Assembly: GCF_963921235.1 (NCBI RefSeq)
Contig: NC_086097.1
Coordinates: 205,036,001-205,100,000, forward strand
Length of the DNA stretch: 64,000 bases
Origin: Mobula hypostoma
Taxonomy: Eukaryota
Direction: 5' to 3'
Below the pieces are notes generated by a model. The model was given only the letters and a program-made list of their open reading frames with translations. It was not told where the DNA came from and did not search any database. The translations under genes and the position numbers were made by a program. Shown one piece after another: positions 51,455 through 63,743 of this stretch. Each line of letters begins with the position of its first letter. Positions within the stretch are counted from its first letter, which is position 1.

Positions 51455-53424
51455 GTACCTTCTAAAGATTGCAGTTAAATATTTCAGAATCAGTTTTAAT
51501 TGAAATCTAATGTAAACTTTCCCATATTTTTATTGACAAAAATTTCAGATCAGTTTCACCAAAAAGAAATTGTTTCTCTTCACATAAAGACCATTTTTTG
51601 CATATCTCTGTTCATTATTCTATGATCTAGCAGAGTTTTACCAACAAATATTCCATGGAAATTCTTGGGTATATGGCTTGATTGACCCTGAAAACATGGG
51701 TCTTTGAGGATGAGGTTTCTTCCTTGAAAAGATGGATTTATTTGTCTGTATGGCATGAATGTTTGCTTAGCTCTTAATTGCTTCAATGATGAAAATTATG
51801 GTTCTAAGCTAATTTTAGAGAACAGATTTCAACTTATATAGTTGCATGGGCAATCACTTCCTCTGCCAGTATGAAGTAACATTGAGAAGCCGAAGGAAAT
51901 GCATTTAAGGACTGTGCTAGTCTTTTTATCAATCACCGCAAGCCATCTTGTATTTTTTTCTAGAGCTAAAATGCTTTTGTTTATTCCACAGAATACCTTT
52001 GGCTAAATAAATTATGCACAATAGATCTATTCCACCACCTCACCACGCTCCACCAAATGGCTCACCATAACATATAGCCAAAATTTGTCAGGAATAAAAT
52101 GGTCAAAGTATTCTATCATGCACTCATTGGCTCCACTTCAAGGAGAATTAGACCTTAATGTAGCTTTGACATTTTGTTCCAAAAACAGATAGATAATCTA
52201 CAAATCAGCTCTCTGCATGTTCAGCGGGTCTGAATGATCTTGTTGAACAGCTTTTCAGATATATAATACCAGTACCTTGTACTACATGTTCAAAATATTA
52301 TCTTTGAATTCAAATGTTACATTTGGTAACTCAAAGCAAAGTGAGTAGTTTGGCACAAGTTCAGGGTCTAGAAGACTTTCAAGACCTCGGAGAGCTGTAG
52401 CTGCTTGTGATGTTTAATGCAGCTTGAAACAGATGTAAGGAATTGCACGTGGCTCAATTAGCCTTCATCTTCTGTAAAGATCAGATAAAACCATATGGCT
52501 TTCACCATTTTTATCCTGCAGGGTCTATTTATGGATCAGGAAACAAATAACTTAAAAAAATAATGATCTTATACCTCACTTGCAGTGTTAAGAGCTTATG
52601 CAGTTTTACTTTATATTAATAGAAGGCCTCGGAAACAGAGTGGTGAGGCACATACACCTATCACAAGAGGCAAGAGGATATTAAAAATTGATTTTTGTTG
52701 GAAATGTAAACGTGTAAGTAATCCCTCATAAAAGAAAATCTGTTTTCGCACGAAACAGGGAAGACGAATATCAGCAATCTACTTTTGCACTTATTGCTAA
52801 AGAAAATAGTGCCAAAGCTAAAAAAATACTCCTCTTTTGCACCTCTGCCTAGGGTGAATTTAAGTCCATTGATTGTAAGATAACAGAATATATTTATTTC
52901 CAGTTACCAAATCTGCAAAAGAAGTATGTGTGTCAGCATAAAATGAGGAAGTAGACAAAAATAAAATGATCTAATTTCCTTTGTAATATATCTGAACATA
53001 TTTTGTCTTTGGTCTTAAAATCTAACTAAAATTATTGTTAGTTTAGGTTATTTTATAATTATTATGAAACAAGCATGTTGTTGTGAAAGAGATTAGTAAA
53101 TTACAGAACCAGTAGTCATCTGTGCAAATAAAGAATAAATTAGAAACAATCTAGCTCTCCTAATAGAAATGAAAATATAAAGAGATTATGATACTGTCAG
53201 GGACAATCACAATTTTTGATCACAGATGTATTGATTTGTCCTGCTGCAGCCTGTTTCTGTTTCTGTTTCAAAGACCTGATTAAGGGAAATGGCACAAAAA
53301 ACTCTGTTGACCTTGTACATATACTGGAAGTATATTCATAATAGTGATATTGGCAGAATTAATGTGACAACACATCATAAAACTAGCATTTCTGTCCTTA
53401 GACTAAACATATCAAGAAGCAGAG

Positions 53425-53677
53425 GTGCACTCACAAAATGCTGGAGGAACACAGAAGGCCAGGCAGCATCTATGGAAAAAAGTAAACAGTCGAGGTTTTG
53501 AGCAGAGACCCTTCGACAGGACACAACAGTCGATGATTTGGGCCTGCCGAAGGGTCTCTGCTCAAAACCTCGACTGTTTACTCTTTTCCATAGATGCTGC
53601 CTGGCCTGCTGAGTTCTTTCAGCATTTTGTATGTGCTGCTTAGATTTCCAGCATCTGCAGATTTTCTCTTGTTTGTG
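53425..53677. mobile_element. 253-bp fold-back Penelope-derived insertion
   Basis: 11-bp TSD aagaagcagag (53414-53424, 53678-53688); long inverted arms; hammerhead cores mutated in both arms. Confidence 0.85.
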
Positions 53678-53986
53678 AAGAAGCAGAGTAGAATGCGTTT
53701 CCATTAAAAGTTAGTGAATTCAGTGCCACTAACTAAATATTGCTACCTAGGCAATATTTTGCATTATAAGGAATACAAAGGATGTCTGCTTCAAATCTGA
53801 CAACATTGATAGTATTGTGTAATTTTCAGTCTGTTAAATGTGCTAAGATCAGCTGTCATAAATAACAGATATCTGCATGTGATTTATTAACGTGAGAGTT
53901 ATGACAACTATGGTATGGAGATTGGCTGCAAGATAACTTGCATTGAATAATGCAATCCATATATGTAAGTAAAAAGGGTCCATATG

Positions 53987-54334
53987 TCAAGTCAAGTCAA
54001 GTCACTTTTTATTGTCATTTCAACCATAACTGCTGGTACAGAACATAGTAAAAATGAGACAACATTTTTCAACACCATGGTGCTACATGAAACAATACAA
54101 AAACTACACTGAACAACGTAAGAAAAAACACAAAAACTACACCAGACTACAGACCTATCCAGGACTGCATAAAGTGCACAAAACAGTGCAGGCACTACAA
54201 TAAATAATAATAAATAATAAACAAGACAATAGGCATAGTAGAGGGTATAGTAGGTTGGTGTCAAGCCAGGCTCTGGGTATTGAGGAGTTTGATGGCTTGG
54301 GGGAAGAAATTGTTACATAGTCTGGTTGTGAGAG
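53987..54334 (-). mobile_element. Rex1-like LINE 3' end, same family as 3226-5018
   Basis: (tcaag)n tail followed by sequence nearly matching about 3270-3585. Confidence 0.88.
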
Positions 54335-54608
54335 TTGCCAAAATGAAGACTTGAAATATCTGAACTCTGATTTTGTGATTAGAGTTACTACTTCCAAAAT
54401 TCTAGTCCATTCATTTCAATGGAACCACATTTTATAAACTCTGAAGAGTAATTGCTGGATGAGTAATGGTGATCCAAAGAGATGACCACTGTATTGTTCT
54501 GTGGGAGACCATCCCACTCATTAACAGCAATGTATGAGCAGTTTTGCTGTGACAATCAGCCCTAATTATATTTTGTGTGTCCATTGCAGCAGGTTGTGTG
54601 GGAGGGAA

Positions 54609-54845
54609 TTACAGGAAGTTGGAGAATTCTATGTCCATACCCAGGGGCTGGAGACTACCTAGACGGTATATGAGGTTTTGCTTCTCCAACCTGAGTTTAG
54701 CCTCATCATGGCAGTAGAGGAGGCCATGTATGGACATATCTGAATGTTCTGACGAAGGGTTCCAGCCCGAAACGTCAACCGATCTTTTCCACGGATGCTA
54801 CCCGACCTGCTGAGTTCCTCCAGTGTGTTGTGTGTGTGGCTTTTG
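54609..54845. mobile_element. Penelope-like fragment: antisense ORF C-terminus (GIY-YIG region) joined to a sense terminal repeat
   Basis: 54746 to 54609 translates to HSDMSIHGLLYCHDEAKLRLEKQNLIYRLGSLQPLGMDIEFSNFL* (E..I..L.S..P.G.N-like PLE end); the pLTR-type repeat follows on the + strand. Confidence 0.8.
54746..54779 (+). ncRNA. Minimal type I hammerhead ribozyme motif on the SNTG1 sense strand
   Basis: GUU-CUGACGA-A-GGGU(UCCA)GCCC-GAAA-CG-UC^AAC: intact core, but stem I is only 3 bp. Confidence 0.55.
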
Positions 54846-55724
54846 TTGTACTGTAATGCAGTCTGAAATATAACCAGCAGACAATCTATCACATAGACTA
54901 CAGCTATGAAGCTGTCACAGCTTCCATCTGAAATGGGTCGTCTGCAAACTCAGCACAATATCATGTGTGAATAGTCCTGATCTCTTCCGTGTTATGTAGC
55001 ATTTCATATTGACTATCTGGCATGCGTGTAAATGCTCCTGGCATTTACTTGTGAATTTCCCATCTACCTTCTTCTCAAGGTAGGTAGTTAAGTGCCTGCA
55101 ACAAAGTTTGTGTATTACATCATATTCCAAGAAATTGCCCTAGCTTCAGACTGTACCCAGTGACCTAATGCATGCAGATTCTGTTTTTAAGCTAATGTCT
55201 AAATAACACAGCAGCTGTGGTAGAGGATTGAATCAAGTGATGACATGTTTTTGTCTTTGATCCCTTTTACATCCATTGTTCGGTAAGATGGGTCCTTGGC
55301 TTTCAGAAACAAAAATGAGTTGCACAGCTAGTAGAGCAGCTGTCTAATACCTTCAACAATCTGCATACAATCCTAGTCTCTGTGTGGAGTTTGCATGTCC
55401 TCTATGCGATCATTTCGGTTCACCTGAGAAATTCTAGTTTCCTCCCAATTTACACATTTTTCCTGCGCCTTCTGAATGTCCCCAGAAACACTAGCTGCTC
55501 TGCCATAATTCCTGCTACTACCCCCTTCCAATCAACTTTGGCCAGCTCCTCTTTCATGTGTCTGTAATTCTCTTTACTCCACTGTAGTACTGATACATCT
55601 GACTTTATCTTCTCCCTCTCAAACTGCTGGATGAATTCTATCATATTCTGATCCTGAGGGTTCCTTCACCTTTTTAATGGTATTATTTGAAGGTAGTAAT
55701 CCAGTAGGTGTAAATCAAAATTGA

Positions 55725-55925
55725 CCACCAGTTTGAAGTCGTGGAATTTTCTGTTGAATTCCATTCAGTTCTTTAGTGTTTAGGTTCATGCATTAATTTC
55801 CTCCTGCTTTCTTGGTAGTGAAGCATATACTCTTGTCCTTTCACCAGAGGATATTTTCCTTTTTCACCTTCTTGAGCAACTCCAAAGCAGCAACAGGAAA
55901 GCTGGGAGCCCATCTATTTCCATGC
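55725..55925 (-). pseudogene. Possible fossil Myb/SANT-like ORF of a PIF/Harbinger transposon
   Basis: With frameshifts it reads RWAPSFPVAALELL..ENIL..TKKA(W)EEI NA*T*TLKN*MEFNRKFHDFKLVV, resembling RAP.F....LE.L...WEEVA..VNA....RTW.QC.KKF.DL. Confidence 0.4.
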
Positions 55926-56114
55926 TCTCTTTTCTTGTCAAATAAATGATATTTGCTGCTGCATTTATTCCTGCCAACTCTTAAACCCAAAATATCTGAT
56001 GGTACATTTGTTGGTTTTAAATAGTGCAGACTCGCTCCAGCCATCTCCAAAAGTATCCTGCTTGCAGAGGCATTGATGAATTTAATATTGGGACTAGCAG
56101 AGAGCTGTATGTGT

Positions 56115-56360
56115 TTTATTTATTTATTTATTTTGAAATACAGCACAGTAACAGGTCGTCTGGCCCCATAAACCCACAACAGTTAGTTACACCCGTGTAA
56201 TCAATTAACCTATTAATCTGTACAATTTTGGAATGTGGGAGGAAACCCATACAGTCATGGGGAGAACATACAAATTCCTTACAGACAGTGGAAGAATAGA
56301 AAATGTGTTGCAGGCATTGTAGTAGCTTTATGCCAACTGCTACGCTACTGTGCCATCCCA
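56115..56360 (-). mobile_element. V-SINE-like element with a tRNA-like head
   Basis: (ttta)n tail; tttggaatgtgggaggaaaccca core; head revcomp gatggcacagtagcgtagcagttggc resembles an A-box. Confidence 0.65.
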
Positions 56361-58539
56361 AAGATTGTGCTGATCAACGGGGAACTTCAGGTTTATGTCT
56401 TGCCTGCACCATGTGAACCTAATTTGAGTTTGTTGCACATCATAATGTTTTCCTTTATCCCCAGCATTTTCCAGTTTATTCTATATATTTTCTGTTACAT
56501 CAGCTTTGTGCACTTCTATTAATATTCATGCTTTTAGTCACATTGTAGTACTATGGTGGTTGTATAGCGGTTATGGGCTCTCGAGTGCCACTTTTCTTTC
56601 ACATAACAATGTTTTTGAATAATTATCAAATTTGAGGCAGGCAAAATATGCAGCTCACTCTGGCAAGCCACCAAATTACCCACTTAAACTTCAACAGATA
56701 ATACCATAAGAGCTGGCACTGAAGCATAAAGGGTTCTGACAGTTATTCCTACATAATGACTTTCCATTTAGAAAGGTTTCTATAGCATTGACCTACATGG
56801 TGCAAATGCACATTTATCTTGAACTCCCAGAACAGCTTACTAGATTAATGCCCACTGCTTGACATTTGCAGTGAAAGTTCCAGTTGTACTAATATACGCA
56901 CTGCTCTTTATCACATAGAGGTCAAATTATTTAATACCTACAGTCCTCAGTCAATTCCAAATGTTTCAGAACTGATGCTAAACCTGACTGACCGAAAAAT
57001 AAGATGCAAATAACTCACAGTATCCTGTTACATAATTTAAAGAATTTTTCATAGGGAATGCTGAGGGAACTTTGGAACAAACTAGGGCAGAAGCAAGGGT
57101 GGGTGCTAGAAAAAAATTAAAGGGATAATTAATGGTAAATGTTGCTATAAATCATTGTAAACATTTTTGAAAATCCATACCAGCTGTAAAGATAATGCAT
57201 GAATAAGCAAATGAAATGTAAAAGGAATTCTTATGTGGGCTGAATCTAGGCAAGAGACATCCTAATATAATAGAAAACCACTTGTCTTACAGGCAGAGAA
57301 ATGGAGATAGTGTTGCTTCCACTACTCAGAGAAGAATTACCTCTGCACCAACCCAATTGGCTATCACTGCAAAATATTTGAAAGAAGGTGCAGGCATGTT
57401 TCAGATTACAGCTGGCTGTCTCCGCATGTGAAGGCTGAATAAGTGCAACTGCCAGAACGTCTCACTGATTTTGACCGAGAAGAAAAGAATGCCATTGCTA
57501 TGTGAAGGTGGATGTTTATCAAGACCAATGGAAGGTGTAATTGGGTCATGTTTACACTGGCATTGCATCTTCCATTCAGTGCCACAAAAACTACAATGAG
57601 TTTTAATTCAAATGTCTCAGAAGTATCATCCATCGTTCCAATTAGTCAGGTTCATAGATTCTAATTGAAATATTTGGAGTCTGCGAATACTTTTTTTTTG
57701 GGATGAAAACATCTCTCATATTCCATCAGTTCTAGTGCTTTTGGGGATTTAGCAATGGTGGCAGGATGCAGAACTTTACTCAGGTGGTCAGAGCAACCTT
57801 CTTGATAACTCTGCCCATTTTCCTCCAACAAATTCAGCCTGGAAGATGTTTAGAAAGTGTCAGAAAATCATCCACACAAAACAAAAACAAGCAGGTGGCA
57901 GAATCTATGGCAGAGGCTTCCACTATGCTGCTCCTTGGCACTCACTGGGGCAACAAATCACAGATACTAATTAGTCCTTGATTTGAATGGATGGCAGACA
58001 TGATCGCAGAGTACCCAGTTTTGCTGTTTGTGTATGAGATATAACAATGAATCCTGTAGTCGTATTTTTAAATAAATTTCAACATCTGCACATTCGCTTG
58101 GAATCCCACCTCAAACAAATATAAGAGCAAAATTGGGTAGCAATTGGCACCTAACTTTATGTGCTCCACCTGCATACAAACAAAAATGCAAATAGAATCC
58201 TTAAAACATTCTTTTAGATCAAGATTTTGAAACTTATAACCTAAAAACACAATTTACTAACTTTCAGCCCAGTGATGACAATAACTCAAGAGTAATACTC
58301 AAGCGTTTAGGGATAGGAACTAAATAATGGCCTTCCATGCTTCATCCGTATCTCATGAAGGATTTAAAAAAAAAACTCTGAATAACCCCCATGATGTTCA
58401 TTCCATTCACTGCTTTATTTCAGATAGATTTTAGTGATTCTAAGCAATCACCCACATGTTATAATCTGTTATTTATGACAGCTGATCTTAGCACTGTCTC
58501 AAGAATACATCATTCTCTCTTGCTATTTTATATCTCCAG

Positions 58540-58597
58540 GGTGGAGCAGAGCACAATATTCCAGTCATAATATCAAAAATCTCAAAAGAGCAAAGAG
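58540..58597 (+). CDS. SNTG1: SNTG1 coding exon 4 (GGAEHNIPVIISKISKEQR + 1 nt)
   Basis: Acceptor tatctccAG, 58 nt, donor G|gtatga, phase 0/1; syntrophin PDZ motif GGAEHNIPV. Confidence 0.95.
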
Positions 58598-58689
58598 GTA
58601 TGATAAATTTGGATTTTGTTCCCACTGTTTTAATACAATTTGTCAATACTTGATATTTTATCCTTTTTTCTCCTGTGTTATTTACAAAG

Positions 58690-58733
58690 CTGATCTATCA
58701 GGTTTGCTGTTTATCGGTGATGCTATCCTTCAG
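58690..58733 (+). CDS. SNTG1: SNTG1 coding exon 5 (ADLSGLLFIGDAILQ)
   Basis: Follows a 92-nt intron ending aAG; 44 nt restores the frame (58+44=102); donor CAG|gtaagt; PDZ L..GD.IL motif. Confidence 0.93.
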
Positions 58734-58859
58734 GTAAGTTCGCTATCATTGCTGATTTAATTAAGTAATTATTACCAACCTCAGACACTTCTAGTGAATT
58801 CAGTTTTGTTAACAAATGATTCTTTTTCCTTTTTTCTCATGCTTTCCTTGCAATATTAG

Positions 58860-58901
58860 ATAAATGGAATAAATGTCAAAAACTGCAAACATGAAGAAGT
58901 G
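58860..58901 (+). CDS. SNTG1: SNTG1 coding exon 6 (INGINVKNCKHEEV); gene continues beyond the window
   Basis: Follows a 126-nt intron with a pyrimidine tract and tAG; 42 nt; donor GTG|gtgagt; PDZ INGINV..C.HEEV motif. Confidence 0.93.
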
Positions 58902-61210
58902 GTGAGTACAAATGGATATCTGATTTTGCTCTTTTTTTCTCTCTCTTTAAGTAGAACTTACTCTGTAATATACATATGTGCATTTTGATATCTGCCTTAT
59001 GTAGCCTATCTTTTAAGAACTTCCTAGACAAATCAGGGCCTTTGAACCTTTCACATATCAACAATCTTGTTCATGTGAGTGGTCAAGAAGGTCAGCATTT
59101 TCAGTAGATATAGCCAAATTCAATTTGCCAAAGTGGAAACAAATATATGAGAGGATATTTTGCTTTAATAGATAAAGACTTACAGGCAATTTCTTGATCT
59201 AAATTCTCAATGTGCTCCATGATCACTGAAGCAGAACATTGCTCCTATATTTTGTCTTAACATTTTTGTTGCATTTGCCTCAGTATATTTACCAATATTT
59301 CAAATTATATTAAGGAAAGATGCTAATATAACTATAGCAGCAACTTGTATTCAATCAAATCTTTAACCTGAATAGCAATTTGAAAAACTTCTCAGAAATT
59401 GTATTATTAAAAATTACACAACTAGCCGCATTTTATAGTACATGTTTGGTGACAGAGTTTAGATGTACAAACACATGGAATTTAAAGGATGGATCATTGG
59501 GTGTCATGTATGTTGGTAGAAGACAATACAATGGTGTGATCAAAGATACACTTATATGACTTGAGGTGATGAGAATTAAGAGGTGAAAGAGATAACTGTG
59601 GCAGGGATTGATGAAAGCAATAATGTTTGATAAATGGATAATGAAAAGAAAGAGTGTCTTGAATTTAGATGGATATTAAAATCATTTAGTTCCTTCAGGT
59701 TATTATTGCCGGAGGAGTAGTTGTGGGAATAATCTCCTTCTACCTACTAAATGCTCCCAATAGTGTGCATCTTAGATAGCCTCTGGCAACCAAGTCCAGA
59801 TGCTCCTGGACTTCATGTGTGGCTTAGCTACTAAGCCTGTTTCTACTGACAACAGAAGGGGAAAAAGCAGGTTACTGGCACCTTAAAACATGTCACTTCA
59901 GGCAGATTGGGGCTTGTCAGCCATGCTTGGCAGCTCATCTAGGAGAAGGAAGAGTCTGATCTCAAACATTTGCTGTTATACCTACTCATGGAGAAGCCTT
60001 TGGAAGTAAACCCCAAGGAAAATTCCAGAGCTGGATTCTCTAAGGCATTCCTACATTGAGTTCAATGTGGACTGGCAACCCTTTCAATGACTCTCTTGCA
60101 TTGGTGTCTAACTGACATTTGTCTGAATTCATCAACTGTGTGGAGAGGGGGAGCCTGCCATATTGGCAACAGCTTGCTCTCCGTATCATACTGCCCTGGC
60201 TTGCGTATCACATAGACAGCTAGGAAGCATCCTCCATGGTCGACCCCAACCAACGGAGGGTCTCAAAAATGATTTATGGTGAGAGGTTGCTCAGCGCAAT
60301 AGCTGAGGAAGAAATCGAAGGCTACATAAGCTATTTTTAATAGATATTCAAGGCATATTATATTAAATCATTTGCTACAGAGAGTAATTTAGTCTCCATA
60401 GCAAAGGAATTAATATTTCAAATAAGAGAAGAGAAGCTCAAAGCTGAAGGAAATGTCAAGAGACTATGCAAGGGAGACCAAGCTGTAATTGAATAGGAAG
60501 GTTGTGATGTCATGACAACCCATGTAGAAGAGACGTGGTAGAATGTCCTATAAATGGATATTTATTTTTGGGTGTAGGTATCTTAACCCGTATTGCAAAT
60601 GCAAAAGGAACAAAGGCAGCTCTTCAAGTAGCAGCAGCCACAGAGTGGACAGAGGTAATGTGTTAGATGGGAAGGAGATTAATAAGTTGAGTCTTCAGTG
60701 GACATATTAAATGAAAAGACTGCAATGCAGGCACTCTTTTATACATTGGCTTACAGTTATCTCAGTAGCTGATCTGTTTTCAGAAATTGATCTGAGGAAG
60801 GCTAGCGAAGATTTCAGTGCTCCATTTTCATGCAAAGGCACCTGGCTCTGCTGTGTTGCCGTTTACTGCCAGCCTTCAGGAAAAAGGCAGTAAAATCTAA
60901 TGTTGCAATATTTAAGTCATTACAGCAGTACTGAAGTCCAGAAACTGCTTTGATTATTTTCAATAAAGACAGATGCATCAGTCAGGATTAACTTGCTGGT
61001 CACAGAGACCTCAGCTGCAGATTAAACTGTGAGGTTTCTATCCTCTAATTCAAGTCAAAAGAAAACTCAAAGGTTCCTTAAAGTGAATAAACCCCAGAAA
61101 GGCATGAGTCATTAATATGCTTCTTACAGTTTGTTGCAGCTGTACTCGACCAGATATTCAGAGAGTATTCCTTCATTCTTCTGACTTGTGTATTTTGCAG
61201 CTTGTGTCAG

Positions 61211-62240
61211 GGCAGGCAGTGACTAGTGAGGTACCACGGTACCCCAGTTGTTTACAATATATATTGATGACTTAGATGAGGGAATTAAATGCAGCATCTC
61301 CAAGTTTGCGGACGACACGAAGCTGGGTGGCAGTGTTAGCTGTGAGGAGGATGCTAAGAGGATGCAGGGTGACTTGGATAGGTTGGGTGAGTGGGCAAGT
61401 TCATGGCAGATGCAATTTAATGTGGATAAATATGAGGTTATCCACTTTGGTGGCAAAAACAGGAAAACAGATTATTATCTGAATGGTGGCCGATTAGGAA
61501 AAGGGGAGGTGCAACGAGACCTGGGTGTCATTATACACCAGTCATTGAAAGTGGGCATGCAGGTACAGCAGGCGGTGAAAAAGGCGAATGGTATGCTGGC
61601 ATTCATAGCAAGGGGATTTGAGTACAGGAGCAGGAAGGTACTACTGCAGTTGTACAAAGCCTTGGTGAGACCACACCTGGAGTATTGTGTGCAGTTTTGG
61701 TCCCCTAATCTGAAGAAGGACATTCTTGCCATAGAGGGAGTACAAAGAAGGTTCACCAGATTGATTCCTGGGATGGCAGGACTTTCATAAGATGAAAGAC
61801 TGGATCAACTAGGCTTATACTCGTTGGAATTTAGAAGATTGAGGGGGGATCTTATTGAAACGTATAAAATCCTAAAGGGATTGGACAGGCTAGATGCAGG
61901 AAGATTGTTCCCAATGTTGGGGAAGTCCAGAATGAGGGGTCACAGTTTGAGGATAAAGGGGAAGCCTTTAAGGATCGAGATGAGGAAAAGCTTCTTCGCA
62001 CAGAGAGTGGTGAATCTGTGGAAATCTCTGCCACAGGAAATGGTTGAGGCCAGTTCATTGGCTATATTTAAGAGGGAGTTAGATATGGCCCTTGTGGCTA
62101 AAGGGATCGGGGGTATGGAAAGAAGGCAGGTACAGGGTTCTGAGTTGGATGATCAGCCATGATCATACTGAATGGCAGTGCAGGCTCAAAGGGCCGAATG
62201 GCCTACTCCTGCACCTATTTTCTATGATTCTATGTTTCTA
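61211..62240 (+). mobile_element. 5'-truncated CR1, same subfamily as 18532-20202
   Basis: ORFs 61248-61790 and 61824-62162 nearly match 19247-19561 and 18531-19262; ttctatgattctatgtttcta tail. Confidence 0.92.
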
Positions 62241-62425
62241 CATCACTTCCTATGGAATACCCAATCTGTAATAACACATTGAGAAATACATTGTGCCATG
62301 AATTATTATATATGATTCTGTATATTTTTGTTGCTGGTTATGACCCATCATACTTCATGGATCCCTGTTGAAAAGTGCCAGTTCTGATTTAAATCTAATC
62401 CATTCATATAATCGGAGTGTTAGAT

Positions 62426-63743
62426 CAGGGGTCCCCAACATTTTTTGCACTGCGGACCGGTTTAATATTGACACTATTCTTGCGGACCGGCCGACCCGGA
62501 GGGGGTGGGGGGGCGGTGTAGGGTTGCCAACGGGCAAGAGTAGCAGTCAAATACGTTGTGTTTGCCTCGAGAAAGACTACAATGACCATGAAGCCTTGCG
62601 CGGGCACCAGTGTGCATGTGTCACATGCGTATGCGTGTACCTGCCAATTTTTTTCCTGCAAATCGTTTTTGGCGATTCTGTTTGGGGGGGGGTGGTGTTA
62701 ATCACGACCGGAATATAGGTGATAAGTGGCTAATACACACAATTTTGTTTCTAAATTCTAATGAATTTAATATTAAATACACAGCACATATTTTCCTTGC
62801 ATGAATACTGTGATAAGTCAATTATCAGGGGAGGACAGAGGAGCTTGAAGTAAGTGTTGAATGTACTTCCAATAGAAGTGACAGAAGCAGGTTCGATATT
62901 ATCATTTAAAGTTAAATTGGATAGGTATATGGACAGGAAGGGAATGGAGGATTATGGGGTGAGTGCAGGTCGGTGGGACTAGGTGAGAGTAGTGTTTGGC
63001 ACGGACTAGAAGGGCAGAGATGGCCTGTTTCCGTGCTGTAATTGTTATATGGTTATATAAGTAAGTCAATAGCATCATAATATTTTAAGTAATGGTTGAA
63101 TATTAAACACACAGCACATATTTTCCCCATATGAACGTATAAAACCATTGCCACACACCAATATTACTGAATCAGTGGGAGCCCTGGGTTTGTTTCCCTG
63201 CAACATGATATCTGAATCAAAGCTTATGGGGATAAGGCAGGAACTGGATACTGATAGTGGATGATCAGCCATGATCACAGTGAATGACGGTGCTGGCTCG
63301 AACGGCCGAATGGCCTACTCCTGCACCTATTGTCTATTGTCTATAAGACGGTCCGATCGAGGGATGATGGGAGACAGTGATACTCGAAGGGAGTTCCTTA
63401 TGTCCAGTCTATTCCGCAATTTAGTTTTCGTTGCATTCATTGCAGAGATATGTTGGAAATGGAAGCAACGTTTTCAGTGCTTTCGTGGCTATCTCAGGAT
63501 ATTCAGCTTTGACTTTGATCCAGAATGCTGGCAAAGATGTTATGTCAAACATAATTTTCAGCCCGCTGTCATTTGCAAGCTCGAGGAGTTGATCTTCCTG
63601 TACTGACATGGATGACACTAGGGTAATGACCTCACGTGCGTTCAAGCTCAACAGTGGCCCTGACAGGGAATGAGGAAAGGTGCAGCTGACTCATATCGCC
63701 AAATCATATCGTTTCCTTGCGGCCCGGTGGTTGGGGACCGCTG
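62426..63743 (-). mobile_element. Internally deleted hAT (Charlie/Buster-like) DNA transposon carrying two CR1 3' pieces
   Basis: TIRs CAGGGGTCCCCAAC / GTTGGGGACCGCTG; degenerate TSD tgttagat / tgtagat; ORF 63421-63651 (EDQLLELAND..FWIKVKAEYPEIATKALKTLLPFPTYLC) is hAT dimerisation-domain-like. Confidence 0.88.

Noticed and set aside
57293..57387. Exon-like stretch after cttgtcttacAG
   Set aside because: Stop codon in the phase-0 frame SNTG1 requires, weak donor, and no syntrophin similarity.
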